Part shown: positions 10,943-20,706 of the stretch, one piece after another
Layout of the letters: each line of letters begins with the position of its first letter
Numbering within the stretch: position 1 is the stretch's first letter
Sequence record: MK327944.1
Length of the DNA: 64,000 bases
Source of the DNA: Escherichia phage vB_EcoM_G2540-3
Direction: 5' to 3' (one strand)
Notes under the pieces: model-generated
Database searches by the model: none
The model's input: the letters and a program-made list of their open reading frames with translations, nothing else
Told to the model about the DNA's origin: nothing
Program-made: the position numbers and the translations under genes

Positions 10943-12361
10943 TTATGGATAGGTATAAATGATACCAGTTTCTAAAGCAGTTTTATGAATGATGTATCCA
11001 TTGCGCGATTCTTGAACATCAACTTCTGGATAGTCTTTCATCATCTTCTGAAGAGTGTAACGATGCAGGTAGTATTTACTATCTGGATCTTCAGTTTTCC
11101 AATCTTTACCTTCTTCAGTCATTTTTTGGATTTCATCCATAACCCACCAACCGCACCAGATATAAGCTGAGCTACGATGTGGAAGAGGATGAACATAAGG
11201 TAATTCACCTTCTGGTTCCGGAGCAACTTTATCAGTCACTTGAACTTGACCTGTGGCTTTAACTGTTTTACTATCATAGTCAGTTGCTGTAACGACAGCA
11301 GTAACTTCAATAGTTTGACTTCCAATAGATGAGGTATCAACAGTATATACGTTAGTTGACCCTTCCACAGGAGAAGAATCTTTCTTCCATGAGTAAGTAA
11401 TTTGTGCTGCTTCAGGTGCGCCATTAACATTAGCAGTAAATGTAGCCGAAGCATCTTGCTGAACATTAATAGAAGGAGGAGTCAATGTAACCTGTGGATT
11501 CATTGTCTTCTTATTAACTGTCAATGATACTTCATTGGAAGTAACTTCCTTTTCATTATAATTTTCTGCAGTTACTTGGGCTACGCATTTAATTCTTTTT
11601 ACTCCACTTGTAGTTGGAGTATAGTTAAATGTAGAGTTAGTTTCTCCACCAACTTGTGAATCATCTACATACCACTGATACGTAGCAGACGCTCCGTCAG
11701 GTTGAGAAGCTAATGCAGCAGTAAATTGAACCGGGGTTCCAATTACTCCAGCAGCAGGACTAGCAGGAGTTACTGCCAAGGTAGTTGTCTGTGTCTTTTT
11801 ATTAACTGTCAATGATACTTCATTGGAAGTAACGCTCAGTGCATCATAATCTGTCGCAGTTACTTGAGCTACACACTTAATTTTTTTAACTCCGCTTGTA
11901 GTAGGAGTATAATTGAATGTAGCAGAAGTTGCTTCGCTCACAGGAGAACCGTCAACGTACCATTGATACGTAGCAGATGCGCCCGATGGCTGTGAAGCTA
12001 AGGCAGCAGTAAATTCAACGGCTGTTCCGATTACTCCTTCTGGAGGACTATTAGGAGTTACAGCTAAAGTAGTTGTCTGTGTTTTATTTTGAACTGTAAT
12101 AGTTGTACTAATTTCAGCTGTTTCAGCTTCAGAATCAGGAATAGTATTTGTTGCAACTACCTTAATAGTCTTTTGACCAGCAGGTCCTTTTAATACATAA
12201 TCAAAAGTTGCTGCTGATCCTTCTTGGGGAGCATTATCTACGCTCCAAGCATAGGTAATAGTTCCACCTCCAGTTTCACCACTGGGTGTAGCAGTAAACT
12301 GCTTGGTTTCATCAATAACCCCTGTTGGTGTTTTAGGAGTTATATCAACTGTAAAAGCCAT
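10943..12361 (-). CDS. hoc: highly immunogenic outer capsid protein Hoc with an extra Ig-like module
   Basis: 472 aa; N-terminus MAFTVDITPKTPTGVIDETKQFTATPSG... and C-terminal capsid-binding region PEPEGELPYVHPLPHRSSAYIWCGWWVMDEIQK as in T4 Hoc; internal 96-aa module duplicated. Confidence 0.9.
   Translation of the reverse strand: MAFTVDITPKTPTGVIDETKQFTATPSGETGGGTITYAWSVDNAPQEGSAATFDYVLKGPAGQKTIKVVATNTIPDSEAETAEISTTITVQNKTQTTTLAVTPNSPPEGVIGTAVEFTAALASQPSGASATYQWYVDGSPVSEATSATFNYTPTTSGVKKIKCVAQVTATDYDALSVTSNEVSLTVNKKTQTTTLAVTPASPAAGVIGTPVQFTAALASQPDGASATYQWYVDDSQVGGETNSTFNYTPTTSGVKRIKCVAQVTAENYNEKEVTSNEVSLTVNKKTMNPQVTLTPPSINVQQDASATFTANVNGAPEAAQITYSWKKDSSPVEGSTNVYTVDTSSIGSQTIEVTAVVTATDYDSKTVKATGQVQVTDKVAPEPEGELPYVHPLPHRSSAYIWCGWWVMDEIQKMTEEGKDWKTEDPDSKYYLHRYTLQKMMKDYPEVDVQESRNGYIIHKTALETGIIYTYP
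11505..12080 (-). repeat. in-frame tandem duplication (2 x 288 bp) of an Ig-like module inside hoc
   Basis: Units 11505-11792 and 11793-12080 both begin gtctt(c/t)ttattaactgtcaatgatacttcattggaagtaac; protein copies KTQTTTLAVTP...SNEVSLTVNKK. Confidence 0.75.
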
Positions 12362-12370
12362 AAGTTATCC

Positions 12371-13051
12371 TTATTTTAATGTTACGAAAGAAGAATTGCG
12401 TGTTTCACGAATTAGAACTGATCCGTCACGATTAATGTAGTAAATTAAGCTAAATAAGGTTTGGTGTGCCGACGCGTGTTCAAAACTAGTTGGGTGAGAT
12501 TTCCAATCCGGAGTTTCAGCAATCCACTGGTAAATCCACCAAGGAACCGTGCAAAATCCTGGATTTTTTCCAATCAACTGAAGATTCGGGCTAAAGTTTT
12601 CTGGAAGAGTGAATACAGACGGCTTTTCAGATTCAATAATCTCAGCTACAGCCTGTTCGAATTTTTCTTCAACAAAAGGAGTATCTTCAATCAAAACATC
12701 GATATTTTCAGGAATTTTATCCGTTTCTACTACTTCAATTTTAATGTCAGATTTAACCGGAGAATCAATCAGAAGTGCTGCTTCTGGATTGACTTCTTCA
12801 TCGTCATATTTTAACCCCTCTGCGGCATCAGCAGCATTTATTAAGTCTTTAATAGATAACCCATCAGTCTCTGGCATAGGTTCACTAGCGAGCTTCTGGA
12901 GGGCTTCTTCAATATCAATAACGATATTATCAAAAGATTTATTCTTTTTGACCTTTATACCAAACTGTTCAGCATATTCAGCTAATTTAGCCTTAGCTTC
13001 TTTATTATCATCAAGAGCCTTCAGCTCTGCAATATAATCTTTATCTATCAT
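12371..13051 (-). CDS. inh: Inh, inhibitor of prohead protease gp21
   Basis: 226 aa; position directly downstream of hoc. Confidence 0.8.
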   Translation of the reverse strand: MIDKDYIAELKALDDNKEAKAKLAEYAEQFGIKVKKNKSFDNIVIDIEEALQKLASEPMPETDGLSIKDLINAADAAEGLKYDDEEVNPEAALLIDSPVKSDIKIEVVETDKIPENIDVLIEDTPFVEEKFEQAVAEIIESEKPSVFTLPENFSPNLQLIGKNPGFCTVPWWIYQWIAETPDWKSHPTSFEHASAHQTLFSLIYYINRDGSVLIRETRNSSFVTLK

Positions 13052-13073
13052 AATATTTCCTCAGTATAAATAT

Positions 13074-13081
13074 AGATATAT
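13074..13081 (+). promoter_or_regulatory. TATAAATA late-promoter-like motif upstream of the GIY-YIG gene
   Basis: Exact TATAAATA 20 nt before ATG 13101. Confidence 0.4.
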
Positions 13082-13100
13082 TTATTACTCGGAAAATAGT

Positions 13101-13718
13101 ATGTACCACTTTGTATATGAAACAACAAATCTAATAAATGGTAAAAAGTATATAGGAAAACACTCTACTGATGACTTGAATGATGGTTACCTTGGTTCCG
13201 GTAAGGCAATTCAGCAGGCTATAAAGAAATATGGTGAAAACAATTTCTCTAGAACAATACTAAAAGAGTTTAAAACTTCCGAAGAAGCGTACATGTATGA
13301 AGAAGAAATTATAACTCCTGAAATAATAAAAAGCAAAAATTATTATAATATGAAACCTGGCGGAATTGGTGGAATTGTTATGACTACAGAGGTTATAGCA
13401 AAGATGAAAGAATCTTCCGCTAAGAGATTTGAAAACTCACCGGGCACGGTATTAGGTACAACTTGTTACACTAATGGAACTAAAAATATTTTTATTAAGC
13501 CTGGAGAACTTGTTCCAGAAGGATTTGTAAAAGGGATGGTTCATCCTAATAGAAAGTCCAGAAAAGGATGTAAAGTCAAACCGACTACCACAGGAACTTT
13601 TTGGGTCAATAATGGTGCAATAAATAAATTAATACAACCAGACGGTATTATTCCCGACGGATTTATTAAAGGTCGTCTCATGAAAAGAGATTCTAAAGGC
13701 AAATTTAGTAAGGCATAA
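13101..13718 (+). CDS. segE: GIY-YIG homing endonuclease (SegE-like)
   Basis: 205 aa; N-terminal YHFVYETTNLINGKKYIGKHS... GIY-YIG motif; sits between inh and uvsW. Confidence 0.8.
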   Translation: MYHFVYETTNLINGKKYIGKHSTDDLNDGYLGSGKAIQQAIKKYGENNFSRTILKEFKTSEEAYMYEEEIITPEIIKSKNYYNMKPGGIGGIVMTTEVIAKMKESSAKRFENSPGTVLGTTCYTNGTKNIFIKPGELVPEGFVKGMVHPNRKSRKGCKVKPTTTGTFWVNNGAINKLIQPDGIIPDGFIKGRLMKRDSKGKFSKA

Positions 13719-13720
13719 TT

Positions 13721-15229
13721 ATGGATATTAAAGTACATTTTCACGACTTCAGTCATGTACGCATCGATTGTGAAGAGAGCACGTTCCACGAATTAAGAGA
13801 TTTCTTTTCGTTTGAGGCCGATGGATATAGATTTAACCCTCGCTTCAGATATGGCAACTGGGATGGACGAATCCGTCTTTTAGATTATAATCGTCTTCTT
13901 CCGTTTGGCTTAGTCGGGCAAATTAAAAAGTTCTGTGATAACTTTGGCTATAAAGCCTGGATTGACCCGCAAATTAACGAAAAAGAAGAATTATCAAGAA
14001 AAGATTTTGATGAATGGCTTTCTAAATTAGAAATCTATTCAGGAAATAAAAGAATTGAACCGCACTGGTATCAAAAAGATGCAGTGTTCGAAGGATTAGT
14101 TAATCGTCGTAGAATTCTTAATCTTCCAACATCCGCAGGTAAATCTTTAATTCAAGCTTTGCTTGCACGTTATTATTTGGAAAATTATGAAGGTAAAATT
14201 CTTATCATTGTTCCAACAACTGCTCTGACAACTCAGATGGCTGATGACTTCGTCGACTATCGTTTATTCAGTCATGCAATGATAAAGAAAATTGGTGGCG
14301 GAGCATCAAAAGATGATAAATATAAAAATGATGCACCAGTCGTTGTTGGTACATGGCAAACTGTAGTTAAACAACCGAAAGAATGGTTCTCACAGTTTGG
14401 AATGATGATGAATGATGAATGTCATCTTGCTACAGGAAAAAGTATTTCATCTATCATATCAGGTTTAAATAACTGCATGTTCAAATTCGGTTTGTCTGGT
14501 TCATTACGTGATGGCAAAGCCAATATCATGCAGTATGTTGGAATGTTTGGTGAAATATTTAAGCCAGTAACGACTTCTAAATTAATGGAAGATGGACAAG
14601 TAACTGAGCTAAAAATTAATAGTATTTTTCTTCGCTATCCAGATGAGTTCACTACTAAATTAAAGGGAAAAACTTATCAAGAAGAAATAAAAATTATTAC
14701 TGGGCTCAGTAAAAGAAATAAATGGATCGCTAAATTAGCTATTAAGCTTGCGCAAAAAGATGAAAACGCTTTTGTCATGTTTAAACATGTATCACATGGT
14801 AAAGCTATTTTCGATTTAATTAAAAACGAATACGATAAAGTTTATTACGTATCAGGGGAAGTTGATACAGAAACCCGCAATATAATGAAAACCTTAGCTG
14901 AAAACGGTAAAGGAATAATTATAGTAGCTAGTTATGGTGTATTTTCTACTGGTATTTCAGTTAAAAATCTGCATCACGTTGTTTTAGCACACGGTGTTAA
15001 ATCAAAAATCATTGTATTACAAACAATCGGTCGTGTATTACGTAAGCATGGTTCTAAAACAATCGCAACAGTCTGGGACCTCATAGATGACGCGGGTGTA
15101 GTTTCTAAATCAAAAACATCTTCTAAAAAATACTCGCATTTAAACTATCTTTTAAAACATGGACTTGATCGTATTCAGCGTTATGCTGATGAAAAGTTTA
15201 ATTATGTGATGAAAGAGGTTAAACTTTGA
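13721..15229 (+). CDS. uvsW: UvsW DNA/RNA helicase (SF2)
   Basis: 502 aa; Walker A LPTSAGKS, DEAH-box-like MMNDECH, C-terminal helicase motifs. Confidence 0.95.
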   Translation: MDIKVHFHDFSHVRIDCEESTFHELRDFFSFEADGYRFNPRFRYGNWDGRIRLLDYNRLLPFGLVGQIKKFCDNFGYKAWIDPQINEKEELSRKDFDEWLSKLEIYSGNKRIEPHWYQKDAVFEGLVNRRRILNLPTSAGKSLIQALLARYYLENYEGKILIIVPTTALTTQMADDFVDYRLFSHAMIKKIGGGASKDDKYKNDAPVVVGTWQTVVKQPKEWFSQFGMMMNDECHLATGKSISSIISGLNNCMFKFGLSGSLRDGKANIMQYVGMFGEIFKPVTTSKLMEDGQVTELKINSIFLRYPDEFTTKLKGKTYQEEIKIITGLSKRNKWIAKLAIKLAQKDENAFVMFKHVSHGKAIFDLIKNEYDKVYYVSGEVDTETRNIMKTLAENGKGIIIVASYGVFSTGISVKNLHHVVLAHGVKSKIIVLQTIGRVLRKHGSKTIATVWDLIDDAGVVSKSKTSSKKYSHLNYLLKHGLDRIQRYADEKFNYVMKEVKL

Positions 15230-15918
15230 ATTATAAATTAATATATGATAATTTAATTAATAGAGCCCAAAATCGGGCTCGCCTTAATGGATACACTGAA
15301 ACACATCATATAATTCCTAGATGTATGGGTGGTACAAATGATAAGTGTAATTTAGTAGAACTAACGGCTGAAGAACATTTTATAGCCCATAAACTTTTAG
15401 CTAAAATTCATCCAAACCATTACGGTATAATTAAAGCTGTTATATGTATGGGGATGAATTCAAATACTCATGAAAGACACGTTAATAAATCTTACGCATG
15501 GGAACGTCGTAAAATGGCAGAACTTCAATCCGGCGAAGGTAATCCATTTTACGGAAAACACCATACGGAAGAACATAAACAATATATGTCAAAACTCATG
15601 AAAAGTCGTCCAATTACATGGGGAAATAAAATTAGTAAAACTAAAAGAATGAACCCAACGAAATGGACTGAAGAAGCTAAAAGATTACATTCAATCAATC
15701 AATCGGGTAAAAATAACGGCATGTATGGAAGGAAACATTCCGCTAAATCTATTCAGAAAATTAAAGATAACATGCCAGATAATTCAGGAGCTAATAACCC
15801 AGCTGCTAAACCTATAGAAGTAAATGGTGTTAAGTATAAATGTATGAAAGATGCTTCTAAAGCTACTGGATTATCAATGTACAAACTAAGAATACTTAGA
15901 AAAACAGTTAATTTATAA
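15226..15918 (+). CDS. HNH homing endonuclease-like protein (MobE paralog) inserted between uvsW and uvsW.1
   Basis: 230 aa; MNYKLIYDNLINRAQ...ETHHIIPRCMGGTNDKCNLVELTAEEHFIAH parallels the mobE-like ORF at 42097-42831; NUMOD3-like GKHHTEEHK repeats; TTG start overlapping uvsW stop. Confidence 0.8.
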   Translation: MNYKLIYDNLINRAQNRARLNGYTETHHIIPRCMGGTNDKCNLVELTAEEHFIAHKLLAKIHPNHYGIIKAVICMGMNSNTHERHVNKSYAWERRKMAELQSGEGNPFYGKHHTEEHKQYMSKLMKSRPITWGNKISKTKRMNPTKWTEEAKRLHSINQSGKNNGMYGRKHSAKSIQKIKDNMPDNSGANNPAAKPIEVNGVKYKCMKDASKATGLSMYKLRILRKTVNL

Positions 15919-15930
15919 GGGCTTCGGCCC
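15919..15930 (+). terminator. hairpin GGGCUUCGGCCC after the HNH gene
   Basis: GC stem with UUCG loop followed by ttt. Confidence 0.45.
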
Positions 15931-15943
15931 TTTGGAGAAAAAG

Positions 15944-16174
15944 ATGTTACTAAAATTTAAACAATTTCTTTATGAAGCTTCTATTGATGAATTTATGGGT
16001 AAAATTGCCTCTTGTCAAACATTAGAAGGTTTAGAAGAACTTGAAGCTTATTATAAGAAAAGAGTCAAAGAAACTGAATTAAAAGATACTGATGACATCT
16101 CTGTGAGAGATGCTTTGGCAGGAAAAAGAGCTGAATTAGAAGATTCAGACGATGAAGTAGAAGAAAGCTTTTAA
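15944..16174 (+). CDS. uvsW.1: UvsW.1
   Basis: 76 aa from ATG 15944: MLLKFKQFLYEASIDEFMGKIASCQTLEGLEELEAYYKKRVKETELKD... Confidence 0.85.
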   Translation: MLLKFKQFLYEASIDEFMGKIASCQTLEGLEELEAYYKKRVKETELKDTDDISVRDALAGKRAELEDSDDEVEESF

Positions 16175-16229
16175 ATTAAAAAAGGCCCAACCAAAAAGGA
16201 AGGGCCAAAACTATAGACTAAAGGTCACA

Positions 16230-16397
16230 CTATAGCAAAAGTTGTGTTTCATTTAATTGTTCTTCCGAACTTTCTGAAACTGGTAGTTCTTTAATGTAAT
16301 TATAGCAAGGCCCAGGATGTACAGGACCTTTGTCTGTTTCAACAACCAATGCAGAATCAATTGGAGTTTTACAGACAACACAAATCTTATCTGACAT
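16230..16397 (-). CDS. small CxxC protein (uvsY.-2-like), below the 60-aa track cutoff
   Basis: 55 codons, MSDKICVVCKTPIDSALVVETDKGPVHPGPCYNY...; AGGAGA Shine-Dalgarno 6 nt upstream; late-promoter motif at 16413-16420. Confidence 0.5.
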   Translation of the reverse strand: MSDKICVVCKTPIDSALVVETDKGPVHPGPCYNYIKELPVSESSEEQLNETQLLL

Positions 16398-16520
16398 GAT
16401 TGTCTCCTCTGAATTATATATCTATTTATAACCCCATCTTAAAACGCATTTCTTGTACACGCTTTAAACATGCTTCCATTTTTGCTAAAAGTCTAAATAC
16501 TTCTTTATAATTTGTCATAT

Positions 16521-16748
16521 TTACCCCATATCTCTCATATGCATATTAATGCCCATATCTTTAGAATAAAAATATTCATCAAGATATCCGGCAAATTTTC
16601 CTTTAATATAAAGGACATCTTCACCACACGGGTGGTCGGCCAGGATACGAATATCCTGACGCTTGAGATTATACTTTTTCATTAAGAATTGAATTTCCGT
16701 TTCAAATTCTTCTTCATAATTAAAAGCATCATCAATGCTATATCTCAC
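16521..16748 (-). CDS. hypothetical protein (uvsY.-1-like)
   Basis: 75-aa ORF immediately downstream of uvsY, stop/start overlap. Confidence 0.65.
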   Translation of the reverse strand: MRYSIDDAFNYEEEFETEIQFLMKKYNLKRQDIRILADHPCGEDVLYIKGKFAGYLDEYFYSKDMGINMHMRDMG

Positions 16749-17161
16749 TATTTTCCAGCCTCAAATGCCCGCATGTCTTGAATATGCTTAATAGCAAATC
16801 CGCGTGATTTAATAGCATCAAGAGCTCCGCTACAGAAATCTAATAAAATCCCCCAATACTGTAACGAGGTATCAACCTTTAAAACATCCTTATCAGCTGA
16901 TAGAACTGTCTTCATTTCTGATTTCTCGTAACGATCCATACTAAATTCATCACCATCTCCTCGTCCCGAGTAGTAGTCTAATTTAGCTTTAAGAGCAACT
17001 TTTTTCTGTGCTTCAATTCTAAGCATTTCCTTTTTAATACTTGAATGCTTATTAAGCCATTTACTATATAACATCACATTATTAGCTGCTTCATATTGTA
17101 ATTTAGTCGAATCTATAAACACATCTTTCTTCAATTCTTCTTGAAGATCTTCTAATTTCAT
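16748..17161 (-). CDS. uvsY: UvsY recombination mediator
   Basis: 137 aa; conserved position upstream of gene 25 on the - strand. Confidence 0.9.
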   Translation of the reverse strand: MKLEDLQEELKKDVFIDSTKLQYEAANNVMLYSKWLNKHSSIKKEMLRIEAQKKVALKAKLDYYSGRGDGDEFSMDRYEKSEMKTVLSADKDVLKVDTSLQYWGILLDFCSGALDAIKSRGFAIKHIQDMRAFEAGK

Positions 17162-17201
17162 ACTGTTCTCTATTCAATTGTTATTGGATGGACTTAGATT
17201 C

Positions 17202-17230
17202 ATTATACCACGTTTATACGTGAAGCATTA
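17202..17230 (-). promoter_or_regulatory. MotA-dependent middle promoter upstream of uvsY
   Basis: On - strand: TAATGCTTCA (MotA box) - 13 nt - TATAAT, about 40 nt upstream of the uvsY ATG. Confidence 0.5.
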
Positions 17231-17626
17231 TACTCTATTACTGGAAGCCAGTTGCAGTTTTATCTGCTCAATATCATCAGGGTTATCAATGACCGAAAAG
17301 CGTATTTCTACTATCAGAGTATAATCATCATAAACCGGTATTACATTAACTGCTAATTTATCAATACGTGGCTCATAGTTTCTTACTGCGCTTTCGATGT
17401 TACGCTCAACCGTATCAGCAGTAAGAGGAGTCATATTTTCAAAAAGCTGATCTGATAAATCACATCCAAATTCAGGGTCAAACGGTCTTGAACCTTTTCT
17501 GGTTGTAATAATTCCTAAAAGGCTATTTTTAATTGACCTTAATCCAAGAGATCTGGAAACGTCTTTGTCCCAGTCCATTTTCATTTCTGGGTCGATGTCA
17601 GAATAAAGCTTATTAATATTTGCCAT
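17228..17626 (-). CDS. 25: baseplate wedge protein gp25
   Basis: 132 aa; conserved position and size. Confidence 0.9.
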   Translation of the reverse strand: MANINKLYSDIDPEMKMDWDKDVSRSLGLRSIKNSLLGIITTRKGSRPFDPEFGCDLSDQLFENMTPLTADTVERNIESAVRNYEPRIDKLAVNVIPVYDDYTLIVEIRFSVIDNPDDIEQIKLQLASSNRV

Positions 17627-18252
17627 TATAGTAACTCAAAGAATTCTTTGAGTCCTCTTATTACATGAGCGTGAGTTTTTCCACACTCTGGACACTTAAT
17701 TGGAACAGCCAAATAAACAGTAGGCTTTAAAAGCATATCTTTTATAGCTACAATATCTGACTCTGTGATGATAGAGTATAAATCTTCCAGTTCTTTTTCA
17801 TTTAAGTCTTCAACTGGAATGCTTTCCCCGTTAGCATGAATCGTTTCTATGCATGATACTATCATGTGGGCTATATTTTTATCATCAAAAATTTTAGGGT
17901 ATCGGAATTTAATTTTAATGTCACCTAGTGTATACCAGAGGTCTTCTGGTGCATCTATTTGTGTATGTAATAGATTTATATGGGTTGGTATTTCAGTTCC
18001 ACAGGTGCACTTCCAGGAGTTTTCGTGATTAACTTCTCCAAGAGAATGCGCCCATAAATGAATCAGTAATAGTTCTGATTCTTGGCGGTTTAAATCTTTT
18101 GCATTTGTACAGTCTTTGATTAGCTTTTTAACAATCTCTTCTACTGAACCATTCTTTTTAGCAGTAATAAGTTCTAGATATTCTTTAAGCGTGAATGCGC
18201 GACAATTGATTATTTTAGAACCAACTCTCACATCAAATTTGTATTCATACAT
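17626..18252 (-). CDS. 26: baseplate hub protein gp26
   Basis: 208 aa; start overlaps gp25 region; divergent from gene 51. Confidence 0.85.
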   Translation of the reverse strand: MYEYKFDVRVGSKIINCRAFTLKEYLELITAKKNGSVEEIVKKLIKDCTNAKDLNRQESELLLIHLWAHSLGEVNHENSWKCTCGTEIPTHINLLHTQIDAPEDLWYTLGDIKIKFRYPKIFDDKNIAHMIVSCIETIHANGESIPVEDLNEKELEDLYSIITESDIVAIKDMLLKPTVYLAVPIKCPECGKTHAHVIRGLKEFFELL

Positions 18253-18274
18253 ATTTTAGCTCCTTTATTTATCA

Positions 18275-18286
18275 TATTTATAAATA
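18275..18286. promoter_or_regulatory. bidirectional late promoter pair between genes 26 (-) and 51 (+)
   Basis: tatttataaata reads TATAAATA on both strands (18279-18286 on +, 18275-18282 on -). Confidence 0.6.
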
Positions 18287-18303
18287 GAATAAAAGGAGCA
18301 TCT

Positions 18304-19056
18304 ATGGCAAACATTATTCGTTGTAAATTACCAGATGGTGTTCATCGTTTTAAACCATTTACGGTAGAAGATTATCGAGATTTTTTGTTAGTTCGAAACG
18401 ATATAGAGCATCGGTCACCACAAGAACAAAAAGAAATAATTACTGATTTAATTGATGATTATTTTGGAGACTATCCGAAGACTTGGCAACCATTTATATT
18501 TTTGCAGGTATTTGTAGGGTCAATAGGTAAAACTAAAGTACCAGTCACATTTGTATGTCCAAAATGTAAAAAAGAAAAGACAGTTCCATTTGAAATATAT
18601 CAAAAAGAATTAAAGGAACCTATTTTTGATGTAGCTAATGTTAAAATTAAATTAAAGTTTCCTTCTGAGTTTTATGAAAATAAAGCAAAGATGATTACTG
18701 AAAATATTCATTCTGTTCAAGTAGATGAAATGTGGTATGATTGGAAGGAAATTAGTGAATCGAGTCAAATAGAACTTGTTGACGCCATCGAGATAGAAAC
18801 ATTAGAAAAAATTCTCGATGCAATGAATCCTATTAATTTAACATTGCACATGTCGTGTTGTGATAAGTACATTAAAAAATACACTGATATAGTAGATGTG
18901 TTTAAGCTATTAGTTAATCCAGATGAGATATTTACTTTTTATCAAATTAATCACACGCTTGTAAAAAGTAATTATAGCTTAAATTCAATAATGAAAATGA
19001 TTCCTGCCGAGCGCGGATTCGTATTAAAACTGATTGAGAAGGATAAACATCAATGA
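18304..19056 (+). CDS. 51: baseplate hub assembly protein gp51
   Basis: 250 aa; conserved position. Confidence 0.9.
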   Translation: MANIIRCKLPDGVHRFKPFTVEDYRDFLLVRNDIEHRSPQEQKEIITDLIDDYFGDYPKTWQPFIFLQVFVGSIGKTKVPVTFVCPKCKKEKTVPFEIYQKELKEPIFDVANVKIKLKFPSEFYENKAKMITENIHSVQVDEMWYDWKEISESSQIELVDAIEIETLEKILDAMNPINLTLHMSCCDKYIKKYTDIVDVFKLLVNPDEIFTFYQINHTLVKSNYSLNSIMKMIPAERGFVLKLIEKDKHQ

Positions 19057-20225
19057 GTATGTTACAACGTCCTGGATATCCAAATCTCAGCGTTAAATTA
19101 TTTGAGAGTTATGACGCTTGGAGTAATAATAGATTTGTTGAATTAGCTGCTACTATTACCACATTAACTATGCGTGACTCTCTTTATGGTCGAAATGAAG
19201 GAATGCTGCAGTTTTATGATTCTAAAAATATCCACACAAAAATGGATGGAAATGAAATAATTCAAATTTCTGTAGCTAATGCAAACGATATTAATAATGT
19301 TAAAACACGAATTTATGGATGCAAGCATTTTTCCGTGTCAGTAGATTCAAAAGGCGATAACATCATTGCTATTGAATTGGGAACTATTCATTCTATAGAA
19401 AATCTTAAATTTGGTAGACCATTTTTCCCTGATGCAGGTGAATCTATAAAAGAAATGCTTGGTGTCATTTATCAAGACCGCACATTATTAACTCCAGCAA
19501 TAAATGCTATAAATGCTTATGTTCCTGATATTCCATGGACTAGCACATTTGAAAACTATTTGTCATATGTAAGAGAAGTTGCTCTAGCGGTAGGAAGCGA
19601 TAAGTTCGTATTTGTATGGCAAGACATCATGGGAGTTAACATGATGGACTATGATATGATGATAAATCAAGAACCATATCCAATGATTGTAGGTGAGCCA
19701 ACTTTAATAGGTCAATTCGTCCAAGAATTGAAATATCCATTAGCATATGATTTTGTTTGGTTGACTAAATCAAACCCGCATAAACGTGATCCAATGAAAA
19801 ATGCTACTATCTATGCTCATTCATTTTTAGATTCTTCACTGCCAATGATTACTACAGGAAAGGGTGAAAACTCTATTGTGGTGTCAAGGTCAGGTGCTTA
19901 TTCTGAAATGACTTATAGGAATGGATATGAAGAAGCTATTCGTCTTCAAACTATGGCACAATATGACGGCTATGCTAAATGTTCTACTGTCGGTAATTTT
20001 AACTTGACTCCTGGTGTTAAAATTATTTTTAATGATAGTAAAAACCAATTTAAAACAGAATTTTACGTTGATGAAGTTATCCATGAATTATCCAATAATA
20101 ATTCAGTAACTCATCTATATATGTTCACTAATGCAACGAAACTGGAAACAATAGACCCAGTTAAGGTTAAAAATGAATTTAAATCTGATACTACCACTGA
20201 AGAAAGTAGTTCTTCCAATAAGTAA
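19053..20225 (+). CDS. 27: baseplate hub protein gp27
   Basis: 390 aa; ATGA overlap with gene 51. Confidence 0.9.
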   Translation: MSMLQRPGYPNLSVKLFESYDAWSNNRFVELAATITTLTMRDSLYGRNEGMLQFYDSKNIHTKMDGNEIIQISVANANDINNVKTRIYGCKHFSVSVDSKGDNIIAIELGTIHSIENLKFGRPFFPDAGESIKEMLGVIYQDRTLLTPAINAINAYVPDIPWTSTFENYLSYVREVALAVGSDKFVFVWQDIMGVNMMDYDMMINQEPYPMIVGEPTLIGQFVQELKYPLAYDFVWLTKSNPHKRDPMKNATIYAHSFLDSSLPMITTGKGENSIVVSRSGAYSEMTYRNGYEEAIRLQTMAQYDGYAKCSTVGNFNLTPGVKIIFNDSKNQFKTEFYVDEVIHELSNNNSVTHLYMFTNATKLETIDPVKVKNEFKSDTTTEESSSSNK

Positions 20226-20706
20226 TAAAGAAGTTTCTATTCCTAAAATGGGTCTTAAACATTATAACATTTTAAAGGATGTTAAAGGTCCTGATGAAAA
20301 TTTAAAACTTCTTATTGATTCTATTTGTCCGAATTTATCACCGGCAGAAGTTGATTTCGTTTCTATTCATTTATTGGAATTTAATGGAAAGATTAAATCT
20401 CGTAAAGAAATAGATGGTTATACTTATGACATTAATGATGTTTATGTGTGCCAAAGATTAGAATTTCAATACCAAGGAAATACATTTTATTTTAGACCTC
20501 CTGGAAAATTTGAACAATTTTTAACGGTGAGCGATATGTTATCCAAATGCTTGCTTAAGGTCAATGATGAAGTTAAAGAAATTAATTTTCTTGAGATGCC
20601 AGCATTCGTTTTAAAATGGGCAAATGATATTTTTACAACTTTAGCAATTCCTGGCCCTAATGGTCCAATAACCGGAATTGGCAATATTATTGGATTATTT
20701 GAATGA
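20173..20706 (+). CDS. 28: baseplate hub distal subunit gp28
   Basis: 177 aa; overlaps 3' end of gene 27 in another frame. Confidence 0.8.
   Translation: MNLNLILPLKKVVLPISNKEVSIPKMGLKHYNILKDVKGPDENLKLLIDSICPNLSPAEVDFVSIHLLEFNGKIKSRKEIDGYTYDINDVYVCQRLEFQYQGNTFYFRPPGKFEQFLTVSDMLSKCLLKVNDEVKEINFLEMPAFVLKWANDIFTTLAIPGPNGPITGIGNIIGLFE

Noticed and set aside
11505-12080. Tandem 288-bp repeats as a CRISPR array or assembly duplication
   Set aside because: Units are protein-coding, in frame, about 288 bp and diverged; a domain duplication in hoc, not a CRISPR array or collapsed repeat.
12461-13037. + strand ORFs of 117 and 142 aa
   Set aside because: Entirely inside inh on the opposite strand; low-complexity, no start context; inh is the conserved gene at this position.
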